DNA of 63,050 nt, filler included, from Pseudomonadota bacterium (GTDB taxonomy: Bacteria > Desulfobacterota > Desulfobacteria > Desulfobacterales > JBDRRP01), in NCBI GenBank assembly GCA_043825735.1. It is 7 parts of 7 records of this genome, joined end to end, with 100 filler letters (N's around TTAATTAATTAA, not from the genome) between each part and the next. Parts side by side here need not be neighbours in the genome. Positions count along the whole stretch, not along the records: positions 20,005 to 35,087 come from JBDRRP010000109.1; positions 35,188 to 48,408 come from JBDRRP010000113.1; 5 more parts are not named here. One strand, given 5' to 3'. The notes below the pieces were generated by a model that worked only from the letters and a program-made list of their open reading frames with translations, did not search any database and was not told the origin of the DNA. The position numbers and the translations under genes are program-made. Shown piece after piece: positions 33,879 to 44,265 of this stretch (its first letter is position 1; every line of letters begins with the position of its first letter).

Positions 33879-35072
33879 TTATTCGACGATATCACTCACG
33901 ACGCCGGCGCCGACCGTACGACCGCCTTCGCGGACGGCAAAGCGCAGCTCTTTTTCCATGGCAATCGGCGTGATCAACTCGGCCGTAATGGCCACGTTGT
34001 CCCCGGGCATCACCATCTCAACACCCTCGGGCAGCTCCAATATCCCCGTCACATCCGTTGTCCGAAAGTAAAACTGCGGCCGGTAGCCTGTGAAAAACGG
34101 CGTATGACGCCCGCCTTCCTCTTTGCTCAAAATGTAAACTTCTGCCTTGAACTTCGTATGCGGCGTGATCGATCCGGGCTTGGCAACCACCTGACCGCGC
34201 TCGACTTCATCGCGCTTGGTACCGCGCAGCAGCACGCCGATGTTGTCTCCCGCCTGGCCTTCATCAAGCAGTTTTCGAAACATCTCAACGCCCGTGCACA
34301 CCGTCTTGGTCGTCGGACGAATCCCCACGATCTCAACATCGTCGCCAACGTGAACGATCCCGCGATCCACACGACCGGTCACCACCGTCCCGCGCCCGGA
34401 AATGCTGAACACATCCTCAATGGGCATCAAAAACGGCTTATCAATATCGCGCTCGGGCTCAGGAAAATAACTGTCAAGGGCGGCCAACAATTCAAAAATG
34501 CACTTGGCCTCATCGCTGTCCGGATCGTCGCTCTCAAGCGCCTTCAGCGCGCTGCCCCGGATGATCGGCGTGTCGTCGCCCGGAAACTCGTACTTGTCCA
34601 ACAACTCGCGAAGCTCCAACTCCACCAACTCGATGAGCTCCTCATCGTCAACCATGTCAACCTTATTTAAAAACACCAGGATGCGCGGAACGCCCACCTG
34701 ACGCGCCAGCAATATATGCTCGCGCGTTTGGGGCATCGGACCGTCGTCGGCACCGACCACCAAAATCGCCCCGTCCATCTGAGCCGCGCCGGTGATCATG
34801 TTCTTGATGTAGTCCGCATGCCCCGGGCAGTCCACATGCGCGTAATGGCGGTTATCAGTCTGATACTCAACGTGGGCTGTGGCAATCGTTATGCCACGCT
34901 CTTTTTCCTCGGGCGCCTTATCGATCTGATCGAACGGTACGAATTCGGCGTTGCCCCGAAGGCCTGCATGCTTTGTGATCGCCGCCGTCAGCGTCGTCTT
35001 GCCATGGTCGATGTGACCGATCGTCCCTACGTTCACGTGGGGCTTGGTCCTCTGAAATTTTTCCTTCGCCAT
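33879..35072 (-). CDS. tuf: Elongation factor Tu
   Basis: [20 protein letters not shown] and [10 protein letters not shown]. Confidence 0.98.
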   Translation of the reverse strand: MAKEKFQRTKPHVNVGTIGHIDHGKTTLTAAITKHAGLRGNAEFVPFDQIDKAPEEKERGITIATAHVEYQTDNRHYAHVDCPGHADYIKNMITGAAQMDGAILVVGADDGPMPQTREHILLARQVGVPRILVFLNKVDMVDDEELIELVELELRELLDKYEFPGDDTPIIRGSALKALESDDPDSDEAKCIFELLAALDSYFPEPERDIDKPFLMPIEDVFSISGRGTVVTGRVDRGIVHVGDDVEIVGIRPTTKTVCTGVEMFRKLLDEGQAGDNIGVLLRGTKRDEVERGQVVAKPGSITPHTKFKAEVYILSKEEGGRHTPFFTGYRPQFYFRTTDVTGILELPEGVEMVMPGDNVAITAELITPIAMEKELRFAVREGGRTVGAGVVSDIVE

Positions 35073-35087
35073 CTTACCGTCCTCCCA

Positions 35088-35187
35088 NNNNNNNNNNNNN
35101 NNNNNNNNNNNNNNNNNNNNNNNNNNNNNNNTTAATTAATTAANNNNNNNNNNNNNNNNNNNNNNNNNNNNNNNNNNNNNNNNNNNN
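35088..35187. other. Artificial contig linker
   Basis: N-TTAATTAATTAA-N. Confidence 0.99.
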
Positions 35188-35322
35188 GAGCGTTTAGAGC
35201 GTTTAGAGCGTTTAGAGCGTTTAGAGCGTTTAGAGCGTTTAGAGCGTTTAGAGCGTTTAGAGCGTTTAGAGCGTTTAGAGCGTTTAGAGCGTTTAGAGCG
35301 TTGGGAGCGTTGGGAGCGTTGG
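35188..35322. repeat. 9-nt tandem repeat (GAGCGTTTA x12, then GAGCGTTGG x3), cut by the contig start
   Basis: Read directly; it produces the spurious NAL-repeat ORF. Confidence 0.95.
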
Positions 35323-35379
35323 AAAAGCAGTGAAACGTGAATAGTAAAAAGTTAATAGAAAATAAACCGTTATCGGTTA

Positions 35380-35895
35380 TTTGCCCCCTGCCGCCTGACT
35401 TCGGGCCTCCGACATCGGACCTCTGAAATCGGTCATCTGCCATCTGGCAGTTTCCCGGCCGCAGGCCGCCCATCCGCGTCATCCGTGACGCTTTTTAAGC
35501 CGTATAGGCGCAATCCGTGCCAAAATGTTTTTCGCAGTTGCCGTTCGGCCGAAGGCCGCTAATTTTTATCTGCGTTTACTTGTCCGCCGTAGCTGTGGTC
35601 TTTGCGAAGGAGGATCGGCGTTCATCCGCGTCCCATTTCGCAGTTCGCTGTTGCCCTCCGGCCGCAGGCCGCCCATCTGTGTCAGTCCGCGTCATCTGCG
35701 GTTAATTCTCTTTGCAGGTGCTGTTGATTTTTGTTTTTGGTTTTTCTGCCACCTGCCATCTGTCATCTTTCCTCCGGCCGTCTGTCATCCGGCCTCCGAC
35801 CTCGGACCTTGTGCCGTTTTAAACCCCGAACTCGGAACGCCGCGCAGCGGCACGAACGCCGCCGTAGGTGGCCGAACGCGCCCCCGGCGCCGCCG
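35380..35895. repeat. Mosaic intergenic repeat cassette, largely reverse-complement to 43577-43990, 45937-46330 and 48026-48408
   Basis: Shared modules include AAGCCGTATAGGCGCAATCC (rc at ~43596), CCGTGCCAAAATGTTTTTCGC (rc at ~48302), CTGCGGTTAATTCTC and GAAC-hairpin units. Confidence 0.75.
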
Positions 35896-35912
35896 TCTTT
35901 CCCAAAAACCCG

Positions 35913-35941
35913 TTGACCTTACCCCCTAATTCAAGTATATC
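35913..35941 (+). promoter_or_regulatory. Sigma70-like promoter for yajC-secDF
   Basis: TTGACC-17nt-TATATC. Confidence 0.4.
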
Positions 35942-36145
35942 CACGCCGTTTTAGTTAGTGCCCAGCCACAAATGGTCTTTTTACGCGATTTCGGCGCTGG
36001 GCGCCTCGATTTGAATCCTCAAAATAGCCCGCTATTCCTGCGGTTCAAATCTTGCGCCCGCCTTGAACTCACGCAAAAATCCTCATCCGTGGTTGGACAC
36101 TATGATACCCGCAGCCATTTTTCGGCAGCCAAAGGAGGCATTATT

Positions 36146-36496
36146 TTGACAGGAATTGCATACGCGATGGCTCAAGGGGGTGGCGCAGCGACCCCAGGGA
36201 GCGGCGGTTTTTCAGCCTTCGTTCCCCTGATTCTCATGTTCGGCATATTCTATTTTCTGTTGATTCGTCCCCAGCAGAAGAAGGCCAAGGAGCAACGCCA
36301 GATGATCGAGAACCTCAAAAAGGGGGATCGTGTCATCACTTCGGGAGGCATCCACGGGCGGATCACAGGAATTGACGAAAACACGCTGAGAGTGGAAATC
36401 GCTGATAAGGTGCAGATCAAGATCAACCGCGGCAATGTGGCCCAGCTGATGCAAAGCAGCAGTGCCGCACCCGCGCCGGCCAAACAGGACAGTTGA
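36146..36496 (+). CDS. yajC: Preprotein translocase subunit YajC
   Basis: FYFLLIRPQQKK and LKKGDRVITSGGIHG; AAGGAGG RBS before TTG 36146. Confidence 0.93.
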   Translation: MTGIAYAMAQGGGAATPGSGGFSAFVPLILMFGIFYFLLIRPQQKKAKEQRQMIENLKKGDRVITSGGIHGRITGIDENTLRVEIADKVQIKINRGNVAQLMQSSSAAPAPAKQDS

Positions 36497-36685
36497 ACCC
36501 GCCCTTCCTGAGACTGCGGACCAACATTACGAAAAGCCGCCTCAGTGCTTCCAGCCAGCCAGAGCCCCTTGTGCGAGGCGGCATAGACCGCCGTCAATCC
36601 GCGCCCAGGGGGCTTTGATATCATGGGCCGGCAAGACGCGGGGCGCCTGTCAAAGGCCCAAGAAACCGTTACAGAGGATTGATCC

Positions 36686-38263
36686 GTGAAATACTTGAAC
36701 TGGCGTGTTGTTTCGGTCATCGTGGTTGTCATCGCCGCCACGATTTATATTTTGCCGACCATCAAACCAGGCACCTGGCCGAATAAAAAAATCAATCTCG
36801 GCCTCGACCTGCAGGGCGGCATGCACCTGGTACTCCAAGTGGAAACGAAAAAGGCCGTAGAAGGCCGCATTGAGCGCATGACCTATGACCTGCGTGATGA
36901 ACTGCGCCAGGGCAAGGTCCACTTTCAGGATATCTCGCGCATCAATGACGACCAGATCGCCGTTGCTGTTCGCGGTGAGGACAATATCACCAAGTTCCGC
37001 GAGGTGCTGGACAAGGAGTTTGGCGACCTGCGCAAAAAGTCTGAAATTCTTGACGGAGACCTGCTTCGGATCGTCCTCGACCTGCCGGAACGCGAGCAGG
37101 ATGCGATCATGAAATCGGCCACGGATCAGGCCCTGGAAACCATTCGCAACCGTATTGACCAGTTTGGCGTCAACGAACCGGACATTCGTCGCCAGGGCGA
37201 GGACCGCATCCTTATCCAGTTGCCCGGTATCCGTGACACCCAGCGTGCCAAAGACCTCATCGGCAAAACCGCCCTCCTTGAATTCAAGATGGTGGATGAA
37301 GGCGGTGATCTGCAGACCGCCCTCGATGGGAAACCGCCCCAGGGGACCGAGGTGCTCTACCAGACCCGCGAAGATCGGGCGACCAACCGCGCCACCAAAA
37401 CCCCCTTTCTCATCCAGAAACGCTCTGTGCTCACCGGAGCCTCCCTCACCGATGCCCGGGTTGAAATCGATTCCCAATACAACGAGCCTTACGTTTCTAT
37501 CAAATTCGATGCCAAGGGCGGCCGTATTTTCGCCCGGGTCACCGAGGAAAACGTCAATCGCCGACTGGCCATCGTCCTGGACGGCAATGTCTATAGCGCC
37601 CCGGTGATCCAGGAGAAAATCTCCGGCGGCGAAGCCCGTATTACCGGCCGGTTCACCACCGAAGAGGCCCGGGATCTGGCAATCGTGCTGCGCGCCGGCG
37701 CCTTGCCCGCCCCGGTGACCATCCTCGAAGAGCGCACCGTCGGCCCATCCCTGGGCTCTGATTCCATCCGCACCGGGCTTATGAGCATGGTGGTCGGCGG
37801 CCTGCTGGTCGTTCTTTTTATGGCTGTCTACTACAAAGGCTCCGGCATCATCGCCGATTTTGCGCTGATCATGAACATCCTGCTCATCGCCGGCGGTCTG
37901 GCGGCCTTCGGGGCCACGCTGACGCTTCCCGGCATCGCCGGCATTATCCTCACCATCGGCATGGCCGTGGATGCCAACGTACTGATTTTCGAACGCATCC
38001 GTGAAGAAATGCTGCTTGGCAAAACACCCCGGGCTTCTGTCGATACCGGGTTTGAGCGGGCCACGCTCACCATCCTCGATGCCAATGTCACCACGCTCAT
38101 CGCCGCCCTCGTGCTCTTCCAGTTCGGTACCGGGCCGGTGAAAGGCTTCGCCGTGACCCTCAGCCTGGGCGTTATCGCCAGTATGTTTACGGCACTGATT
38201 CTCTCGCGCGCCGTATTCGATTATTTTCTGGCTGGTCGCAATATCAAATCACTCAGCATCTAA
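36686..38263 (+). CDS. secD: Protein translocase subunit SecD
   Basis: LGLDLQGG, RNRIDQFGV, GPSLG and GMAVDANVLIFERIRE. Confidence 0.97.
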   Translation: MKYLNWRVVSVIVVVIAATIYILPTIKPGTWPNKKINLGLDLQGGMHLVLQVETKKAVEGRIERMTYDLRDELRQGKVHFQDISRINDDQIAVAVRGEDNITKFREVLDKEFGDLRKKSEILDGDLLRIVLDLPEREQDAIMKSATDQALETIRNRIDQFGVNEPDIRRQGEDRILIQLPGIRDTQRAKDLIGKTALLEFKMVDEGGDLQTALDGKPPQGTEVLYQTREDRATNRATKTPFLIQKRSVLTGASLTDARVEIDSQYNEPYVSIKFDAKGGRIFARVTEENVNRRLAIVLDGNVYSAPVIQEKISGGEARITGRFTTEEARDLAIVLRAGALPAPVTILEERTVGPSLGSDSIRTGLMSMVVGGLLVVLFMAVYYKGSGIIADFALIMNILLIAGGLAAFGATLTLPGIAGIILTIGMAVDANVLIFERIREEMLLGKTPRASVDTGFERATLTILDANVTTLIAALVLFQFGTGPVKGFAVTLSLGVIASMFTALILSRAVFDYFLAGRNIKSLSI

Positions 38264-38311
38264 GGGAAGTCGCCCTGGACACTGACAACACCGACGAAGG
38301 ACGCGCATTCC

Positions 38312-39352
38312 ATGCAGTTCATCAAACCGGACATCAATATCGATTTTATCGGCAAGCGGCGCATCGCTTTCACCATTTCGCTGCTCCTGATTCTCGGCAG
38401 TTTCGTATCCCTTCTGATCAAAGGTGGCCTTAGCTACGGCATCGATTTTGCCGGTGGCACTCTGATCCAAGTACGCTTTGACGGCCCTGTCTCGGTACCC
38501 GATATCAAAAAAGGCCTGGCGCAGGAAGGTATCACCAACCCGTCCATCCAGAGTTTCGGTGAAGCCGATACCCATGAGTTTCTCATCCGCATCGACGACA
38601 GCAGCACCGCAGAAGGTGAAAGCGCCGACAAACTCGAAGCTGCCCTGAATAGCGCCACCGGAAAGGCCGCCGAAATCCGTCGTACGGAAATGGTTGGGCC
38701 CCAGGTGGGAAAAGACCTTCGGGAAAAAGCCTTGTTTGCCATGTTTTACGCCCTGTTGTTCATCACCATTTATATTTCCGGGCGTTTTGAGATGAAATGG
38801 ATGGTCAGCGGCCTGATGGCTATCTGCCTGGCCGGTGCGGTCTACCTGCTCACCGCGTTCCATGTCGGCGTCCCCTTTCTCATGCTGGCCGCCCTTGTGG
38901 TGACCCTGGTGCTGTTCTGGTTTCTGGAGCTGAAATATGCCATGGGGGCGATCGTGGCGCTGATTCATGACGTCATCATCACCGTCGGGGTTTTCAGTGT
39001 CTTCGACAAAGAATTCTCCCTGCCCATCGTCGCAGCGCTGCTGACCATCATCGGCTATTCTCTCAATGACACAATCATCGTGTTCGACCGGATTCGGGAA
39101 AACCTCCGAAAGCATCACCGGCAGCCTATGGAGTCGTTGATCAACCGGAGTATCAACGAGACGCTGAGCCGGACCATACTGACCTCGGGCACCACGTTGA
39201 TCGTTCTGGTGGCTCTTTTTGTGCTCGGCGGCAGTATTATCCACGATTTCGCCTTTGCACTGACCATCGGCGTCGTCGTGGGAACGTATTCATCCATTTA
39301 CGTCGCCAGCCCCATTTTGCTGGCTTGGCAGCGCCGGACCGGAAAAAAATAG
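38312..39352 (+). CDS. secF: Protein translocase subunit SecF
   Basis: GIDFAGG, VGPQVG, GYSLNDTIIVFDRIRE and GTYSSIY. Confidence 0.97.
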   Translation: MQFIKPDINIDFIGKRRIAFTISLLLILGSFVSLLIKGGLSYGIDFAGGTLIQVRFDGPVSVPDIKKGLAQEGITNPSIQSFGEADTHEFLIRIDDSSTAEGESADKLEAALNSATGKAAEIRRTEMVGPQVGKDLREKALFAMFYALLFITIYISGRFEMKWMVSGLMAICLAGAVYLLTAFHVGVPFLMLAALVVTLVLFWFLELKYAMGAIVALIHDVIITVGVFSVFDKEFSLPIVAALLTIIGYSLNDTIIVFDRIRENLRKHHRQPMESLINRSINETLSRTILTSGTTLIVLVALFVLGGSIIHDFAFALTIGVVVGTYSSIYVASPILLAWQRRTGKK

Positions 39353-39418
39353 AATTCCACTTTTCTATGAAACTCAAGTTGAGCGTCAAAGGCCGGTGTC
39401 CCCGATGACATTTTGATT

Positions 39419-39578
39419 ACCACGGAGGCCACGGCAGTTTTTTAACCCAAAAAGATGTTCTCGCGCAGAGGCGCTGAGACGCAGAGAACTGCGGAAAATT
39501 AAAATGCGCGAGTGCTTTTCCCTGCGCCTCTGCGCCTCTGCGCGAGATATGAATTATAAAATCTCCGTGGCCTCAGGG
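39419..39578. repeat. Nested palindromic REP-like element
   Basis: CACGGAGGCCACGG...CCGTGGCCTC enclosing CTCGCGCAGAGGCGC...GCGCCTCTGCGCGAG; related half-elements at 40878-40960 and 55555-55655. Confidence 0.65.
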
Positions 39579-39690
39579 TTTTTCGGCAGCAACCGATTCT
39601 TTCCGATCCACCGCATGCCCCCGTCAGTCCGGTATGTCGGCGTCCCTTTGCTCGGGTTGGTACAGCGACGACAGACAACGATAGAACCCT

Positions 39691-40812
39691 ATGACCATCG
39701 ACGCCACATCGTGGATAGCCCTCAAAGCCGTGGCCGGCTTGGGCAATCTCCTGTTCCGTCGACTGCTGGAGCGCTTTGGATCCCCCGAGGCGATCATGCA
39801 GGCCGCCGAACCCGCCCTGGCCGCCGTGGCAGGAATCAGCCCCGCCATGGCGCGACGTATCCGGGCAGCGGATCCTGAATCTCCGGAAGCCCGCAAAGAA
39901 ATGGCACGCACCCGGGACGCCGGGTTTCACATTGTTACCGCGGCCGATGAAAGCTACCCGGAGCTATTGCGGCAGATACCCGACCCTCCCCCATATCTTT
40001 ATGTGGTCGGCGATCTGATTCCCGATGCGGTTGGGATTGCCATGGTCGGGTCTCGAAACGCAACGCGCTACGGCCGCGAGGTTGCCGCCGGGCTCGCCAG
40101 CGACCTTGCCGGCATGGGCCTGACCGTTATCAGCGGCATGGCCGCCGGCATCGATACGGCAGCGCACCGGGGTGCCATCGACGGCGGAGGACGCACAGTG
40201 GCGGTCCTGGGCTGCGGCCTGAACCGAATCTACCCGGCCCAGAATAAAAAGCTGTACCAGGACATCGCCGCCCATGGGGCCGTTGTCTCCGAGTTTGCAA
40301 TGGACGCCGACCCGGATGCCCGCCACTTTCCCAAACGTAACCGGGTGATCAGTGGCATGAGCCTGGGAACCATTGTCGTGGAAGCCACCCTGCGCAGCGG
40401 TTCCCTCATCACGGCACGCATGGCCCTGGAGCAAAATCGCGAAGTGTTTGCCGTACCCGGAAGTGTGCACTCTTTTAAAAGCACCGGTTCCCATCACCTG
40501 ATCCGACAGGGGGCCAAACTGGTGGAGCATGCTCGTCACGTCCTCGAGGAACTGAACCTGTCACCGGATGGCATTGAACCGACGGCGCCCGATCCCGCCG
40601 CTGCCGCCATCGATATCAGTTCTCTTTCGGAAACTGAGCGCCGGTTGGTGGGCGCTCTGGAGGCCTACCCCGTTCACGCGGACAGCCTCTGCCGTCGCCT
40701 CTCAATGGCCGCCGGCGACGTGGCCGGTATCCTCATTCAACTGGAGCTGAAAGGGGTTGTGCAGCAGATGCCGGGCAATCAGTACATCCTGGCTCCGGCA
40801 GTTCGCCGATAG
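39691..40812 (+). CDS. dprA: DNA-processing protein DprA/Smf
   Basis: VGSRNAT, SGMAAGID, FPKRNRVISG, SGSLITA, C-terminal wHTH; upstream of topA. Confidence 0.95.
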   Translation: MTIDATSWIALKAVAGLGNLLFRRLLERFGSPEAIMQAAEPALAAVAGISPAMARRIRAADPESPEARKEMARTRDAGFHIVTAADESYPELLRQIPDPPPYLYVVGDLIPDAVGIAMVGSRNATRYGREVAAGLASDLAGMGLTVISGMAAGIDTAAHRGAIDGGGRTVAVLGCGLNRIYPAQNKKLYQDIAAHGAVVSEFAMDADPDARHFPKRNRVISGMSLGTIVVEATLRSGSLITARMALEQNREVFAVPGSVHSFKSTGSHHLIRQGAKLVEHARHVLEELNLSPDGIEPTAPDPAAAAIDISSLSETERRLVGALEAYPVHADSLCRRLSMAAGDVAGILIQLELKGVVQQMPGNQYILAPAVRR

Positions 40813-41260
40813 AAAGTGTGATAAGCGTGTCCGCTTATGCACAAACGCCAGTTGGTTTTTTTCCCAAAGCGATCTTGAACCACGGGGTCACCGGAGGACA
40901 CGGACATTTTATAATTCATATCTCCCGCAGTTCTCTGCGTCTTTGCGCCTCTGCGCGAGAAATTTTCTTTTTGCGTTCAACACCGCCTTGACGCCGTGGT
41001 GATCACAATGTCATCGGGGACACAGTTCTTTGATGCTAAACCGGCGCTCCGGATTGACTTGCCAGCGCTGGTGCTGATGATGTAAGACCGGTGCGACGAT
41101 TTGCACTCGTGTGCATCCAGAAATGGTAGATTGCCTGAGTGGCGCCAAAAAATGCTGTTTTAAGGTTGGACATTGATTATAAACCGCGCTGACCGCCGCA
41201 ATGCACCGGGCGAAACGCCCCTGACACCGAACCGTCGGCGCGAACAAGGAAGGCCGTATT

Positions 41261-43576
41261 GTGACCAAAGCACTGGTTATCGTAGAATCTCCCACAAAAG
41301 TACGTACGATCAAAAAATACCTGGGCAAGGACTATAACGTCACCGCTACCGTTGGCCATATCAAGGATTTGCCCCCTCGGGAAATGGGCATCGACGTCGA
41401 GAAAGGGTTTTTGCCCAAGTACCAGACCATCGCTGGCAAAAAAAAAATAATCACGGCCCTGAAACAGGCTGCCGGAGACGCCACCGATATCTATCTGGCC
41501 CCCGACCCTGACCGAGAAGGTGAAGCGATTGCCTGGCACACCGCCGAAGTACTCAAAAAAAAGGATCGCAAGTTTCATCGGGTACTTTTCCACGAACTTA
41601 CCAAGAATGCCATCCTCGAGGCCATGCGCACCCCGCGGGAGCTCGACCGCAGCAAATATGAGGCCCAGCAGACCCGTCGCATTTTAGATCGTCTGGTGGG
41701 CTACGAGGTATCCCCCATACTCTGGCGAAAAGTCCAGGGCGGGCTCAGCGCCGGTCGTGTGCAGTCAGTGACGGTACGGATCATTTGCGAACGCGAAAGG
41801 GCCATTCAGGCATTCATCCCGGAAGAATACTGGTCGATCACCGCCGCCCTCAGCGCCGATGATCCGCCGCCTTTCGAGGCCAAGCTGACCCGCCGGCAGG
41901 ATAAAAAGCTAAAGATCACCAATAAAGCAGATGCCGATCAGGTGCTCAGAGACATCACAGGGGCCATTTTTACCGTCGCCACCGTCCAGCGCAAGACCTT
42001 GCGCCGCAACCCATTGCCGCCCTTTACCACCAGCAAATTGCAGCAAGAGGCCATCCGCAAGCTCAAGTTCACCGCACGCAAAACCATGATGGTGGCCCAG
42101 CAGCTCTATGAGGGCATCACCATCGGTGACGGCGAGCCCGAAGGGCTCATCACCTACATGCGTACCGACTCCACACGTATTTCCTCAGAAGCGGCTGGCG
42201 AGGCGCTCGCACTCATCAAAGACCAATACGGCCCGGAGTTCGGACTTCCCAAACCACGGTTTTTCACCAATAAGAACAAGGCACAGGACGCCCACGAGGC
42301 CATCCGCCCCACATCGGTCCGCCACCTTCCCGAAGATCTGAAAAATTATCTGACAAAGGATCAGTACGCCCTGTACAAACTCATCTGGGACCGATTCGTA
42401 GCTTCACAGATGGCCCAGGCCCTCATCGATCAAAATTCGGTAACCATCAACGCCGGGGATTACCAGTTCAGCGCCAGCGGGTCCAGAGTCCAGTTTCCCG
42501 GGTTCATGAAGCTCTACATGTCGGCCGACGACATCAGCGATCCTGAAAACCAGCCCGGCAAACTGCAACTGCCCCCGCTGAAGGAAGGCCAACTGCTCAC
42601 GACGACCGAAATTATTCCCAAGCAGCACTTCACCCAACCGCCGCCACGGTTTTCAGAAGCCTCGCTGGTGAAGGAATTGGAGGAAAACGGCATCGGCCGC
42701 CCAAGCACTTACGCTTCCATTTTGTCCACCATCCGAGACAAAGGTTATGTGGAGCGGGACAAGGGTTATTTTCGGCCCAGTGAACTGGGGTTCATCGTGA
42801 ACGATCTTTTAGTGGCGAGTTTTCCCGATATTTTCGATGTGGAGTTCACCGCCCGCATGGAAGACATGCTCGACAGGGTGGAAGCCGGCAATGCGGACGC
42901 CACCCAGCTACTGGAGAAATTCTATTCCCCCTTTTCCACGGCCGTCTCTCACGCCACCGATAATATGCTCAGCATGCGCGGTGTTGGAGTGAACACCGGC
43001 ATCAGCTGCCCGGAATGCGGCAAGCACGAGCTGCGCATCAAGATCGGTAAAAACGGACACTATCTGGCCTGCAACGGTTATCCCGCGTGTACCTTCACCC
43101 GCAACTATTTCCGAGACGAAAAGGGGCAAATCCGTCTGGAAGAACTCCCAGAGGTGGAAGCCTCCGATCAGAAATGCCCCAAGTGCCAGAAGCCAATGGT
43201 TGTCAAGCAGGGAAAATTCGGGCCGTTTCTGGCCTGCAGCGGATATCCTGAATGCAAGACGACACTGTCGCTCAGCGGCGAGACCAACGGAAACAGCACC
43301 GGGGTGAAATGCCCCGAGGCCGGCTGCGCCGGACAGCTGATGGAACGTCGCTCCAAACGGGGCAAGATTTTTTTCGGCTGCAGCCGGTTTCCAGACTGCA
43401 CATACGCCTCCTGGGACAAACCGATCCCCTCGCCCTGCCCCATCTGCAAATCACCGTTCATGTTAGAAAAATCCACCAAGCGCGACGGCCATTTCCTGGC
43501 CTGCCCAGATACGGACTGCGGCCACCGGGAGGCCGTTATCTCGCCCATGGACGCGCCGGAAAAAGACAGCGCGTGA
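41261..43576 (+). CDS. topA: DNA topoisomerase I with C-terminal zinc ribbons
   Basis: IVESPTK, DPDREGEAI, SAGRVQS, ITYMRTDS, GIGRPSTY and repeated CxxC motifs. Confidence 0.97.
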   Translation: MTKALVIVESPTKVRTIKKYLGKDYNVTATVGHIKDLPPREMGIDVEKGFLPKYQTIAGKKKIITALKQAAGDATDIYLAPDPDREGEAIAWHTAEVLKKKDRKFHRVLFHELTKNAILEAMRTPRELDRSKYEAQQTRRILDRLVGYEVSPILWRKVQGGLSAGRVQSVTVRIICERERAIQAFIPEEYWSITAALSADDPPPFEAKLTRRQDKKLKITNKADADQVLRDITGAIFTVATVQRKTLRRNPLPPFTTSKLQQEAIRKLKFTARKTMMVAQQLYEGITIGDGEPEGLITYMRTDSTRISSEAAGEALALIKDQYGPEFGLPKPRFFTNKNKAQDAHEAIRPTSVRHLPEDLKNYLTKDQYALYKLIWDRFVASQMAQALIDQNSVTINAGDYQFSASGSRVQFPGFMKLYMSADDISDPENQPGKLQLPPLKEGQLLTTTEIIPKQHFTQPPPRFSEASLVKELEENGIGRPSTYASILSTIRDKGYVERDKGYFRPSELGFIVNDLLVASFPDIFDVEFTARMEDMLDRVEAGNADATQLLEKFYSPFSTAVSHATDNMLSMRGVGVNTGISCPECGKHELRIKIGKNGHYLACNGYPACTFTRNYFRDEKGQIRLEELPEVEASDQKCPKCQKPMVVKQGKFGPFLACSGYPECKTTLSLSGETNGNSTGVKCPEAGCAGQLMERRSKRGKIFFGCSRFPDCTYASWDKPIPSPCPICKSPFMLEKSTKRDGHFLACPDTDCGHREAVISPMDAPEKDSA

Positions 43577-43990
43577 GATACAGCGGATTCAGGGATTGCG
43601 CCTATACGGCTTAAAAGCGACAGGGATTGGCGGCCTTCCACCTTCGCTCTACGAGCTACGGCGGACAGGTCGGCCGGGGACTGCCAGAGGGCAGATGACA
43701 GATGGCAGAAAAACCAAGACCGAAGATCAACTGCAAGGACGAATTAACCGCAGATTGCGGGGATACCGCGGATGAAGGACCAAAAGGATCAAACGATCCC
43801 AACGATCCCAACGATCCCAACCATCCTAACGATCTCAACGCTCCAAACGTTCCTGAACGCGCCTCCGGCGCCAACCCGGAACCCGGAACGCCGCGCAGCG
43901 GCCAGAACGCGCCAGCGGCGCCTAACCCGGAACGCCGCGCAGCGGCACGAACGCCGCCGCAGGCGGCCTGAACGCGCCGCAGGCGCCAAC
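43577..43990. repeat. Mosaic repeat cassette (copy A) with AACGATCCY x~7 and six GAAC-hairpin units
   Basis: Same module order as 45937-46330, including AATTAACCGCAGATTGCG and GATGAAGGACCAAAAGGA. Confidence 0.8.
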
Positions 43991-44086
43991 CGCATTGTAT
44001 TGACAACCTTACCACTTTTCCCACAAATTTCTTGACAATGCCTTTCGGCCGCTGTTAATTAGTTCACTTAAGAACGGAAACTATTG

Positions 44087-44173
44087 ATGCGCACTGGCTT
44101 TTTTCACATTCTCGTCCTTATTAGCCTCCTCGTAGTAGGTATCCTACCTGCTGCGGGGGGAGATGGCGATTAA
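44087..44173 (+). CDS. ilvL: ilv operon leader peptide (28 aa)
   Basis: Hand translation MRTGFFHILVLISLLVVGILPAAGGDGD*; 11 of 13 consecutive codons are Ile/Leu/Val; TTGACA at 44032. Confidence 0.8.
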   Translation: MRTGFFHILVLISLLVVGILPAAGGDGD

Positions 44174-44202
44174 TGGCCTAAACGCATCACGCACCAAAAG
44201 CC

Positions 44203-44245
44203 AAAACCGTTATCAGCCCCTTCCCCCGCTGATAACGGTTTTTTT
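44203..44245 (+). terminator. Attenuator terminator upstream of ilvD
   Basis: AAAACCGTTATCAGC-loop-GCTGATAACGGTTTT plus a T-run, 20 nt before the ilvD start. Confidence 0.85.
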
Positions 44246-44265
44246 ATTCTGAAGAGGAGACGGCG

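Noticed and set aside
35132..35482. ORF with NALNAL repeats; likewise NDPNDP/GSLGSL ORFs at 43656-44035 and 46116-46434, and PQSLNPSI at 921-1328
   Set aside because: These are translations of non-coding 8- or 9-nt tandem repeats, open in several frames, with no protein features.
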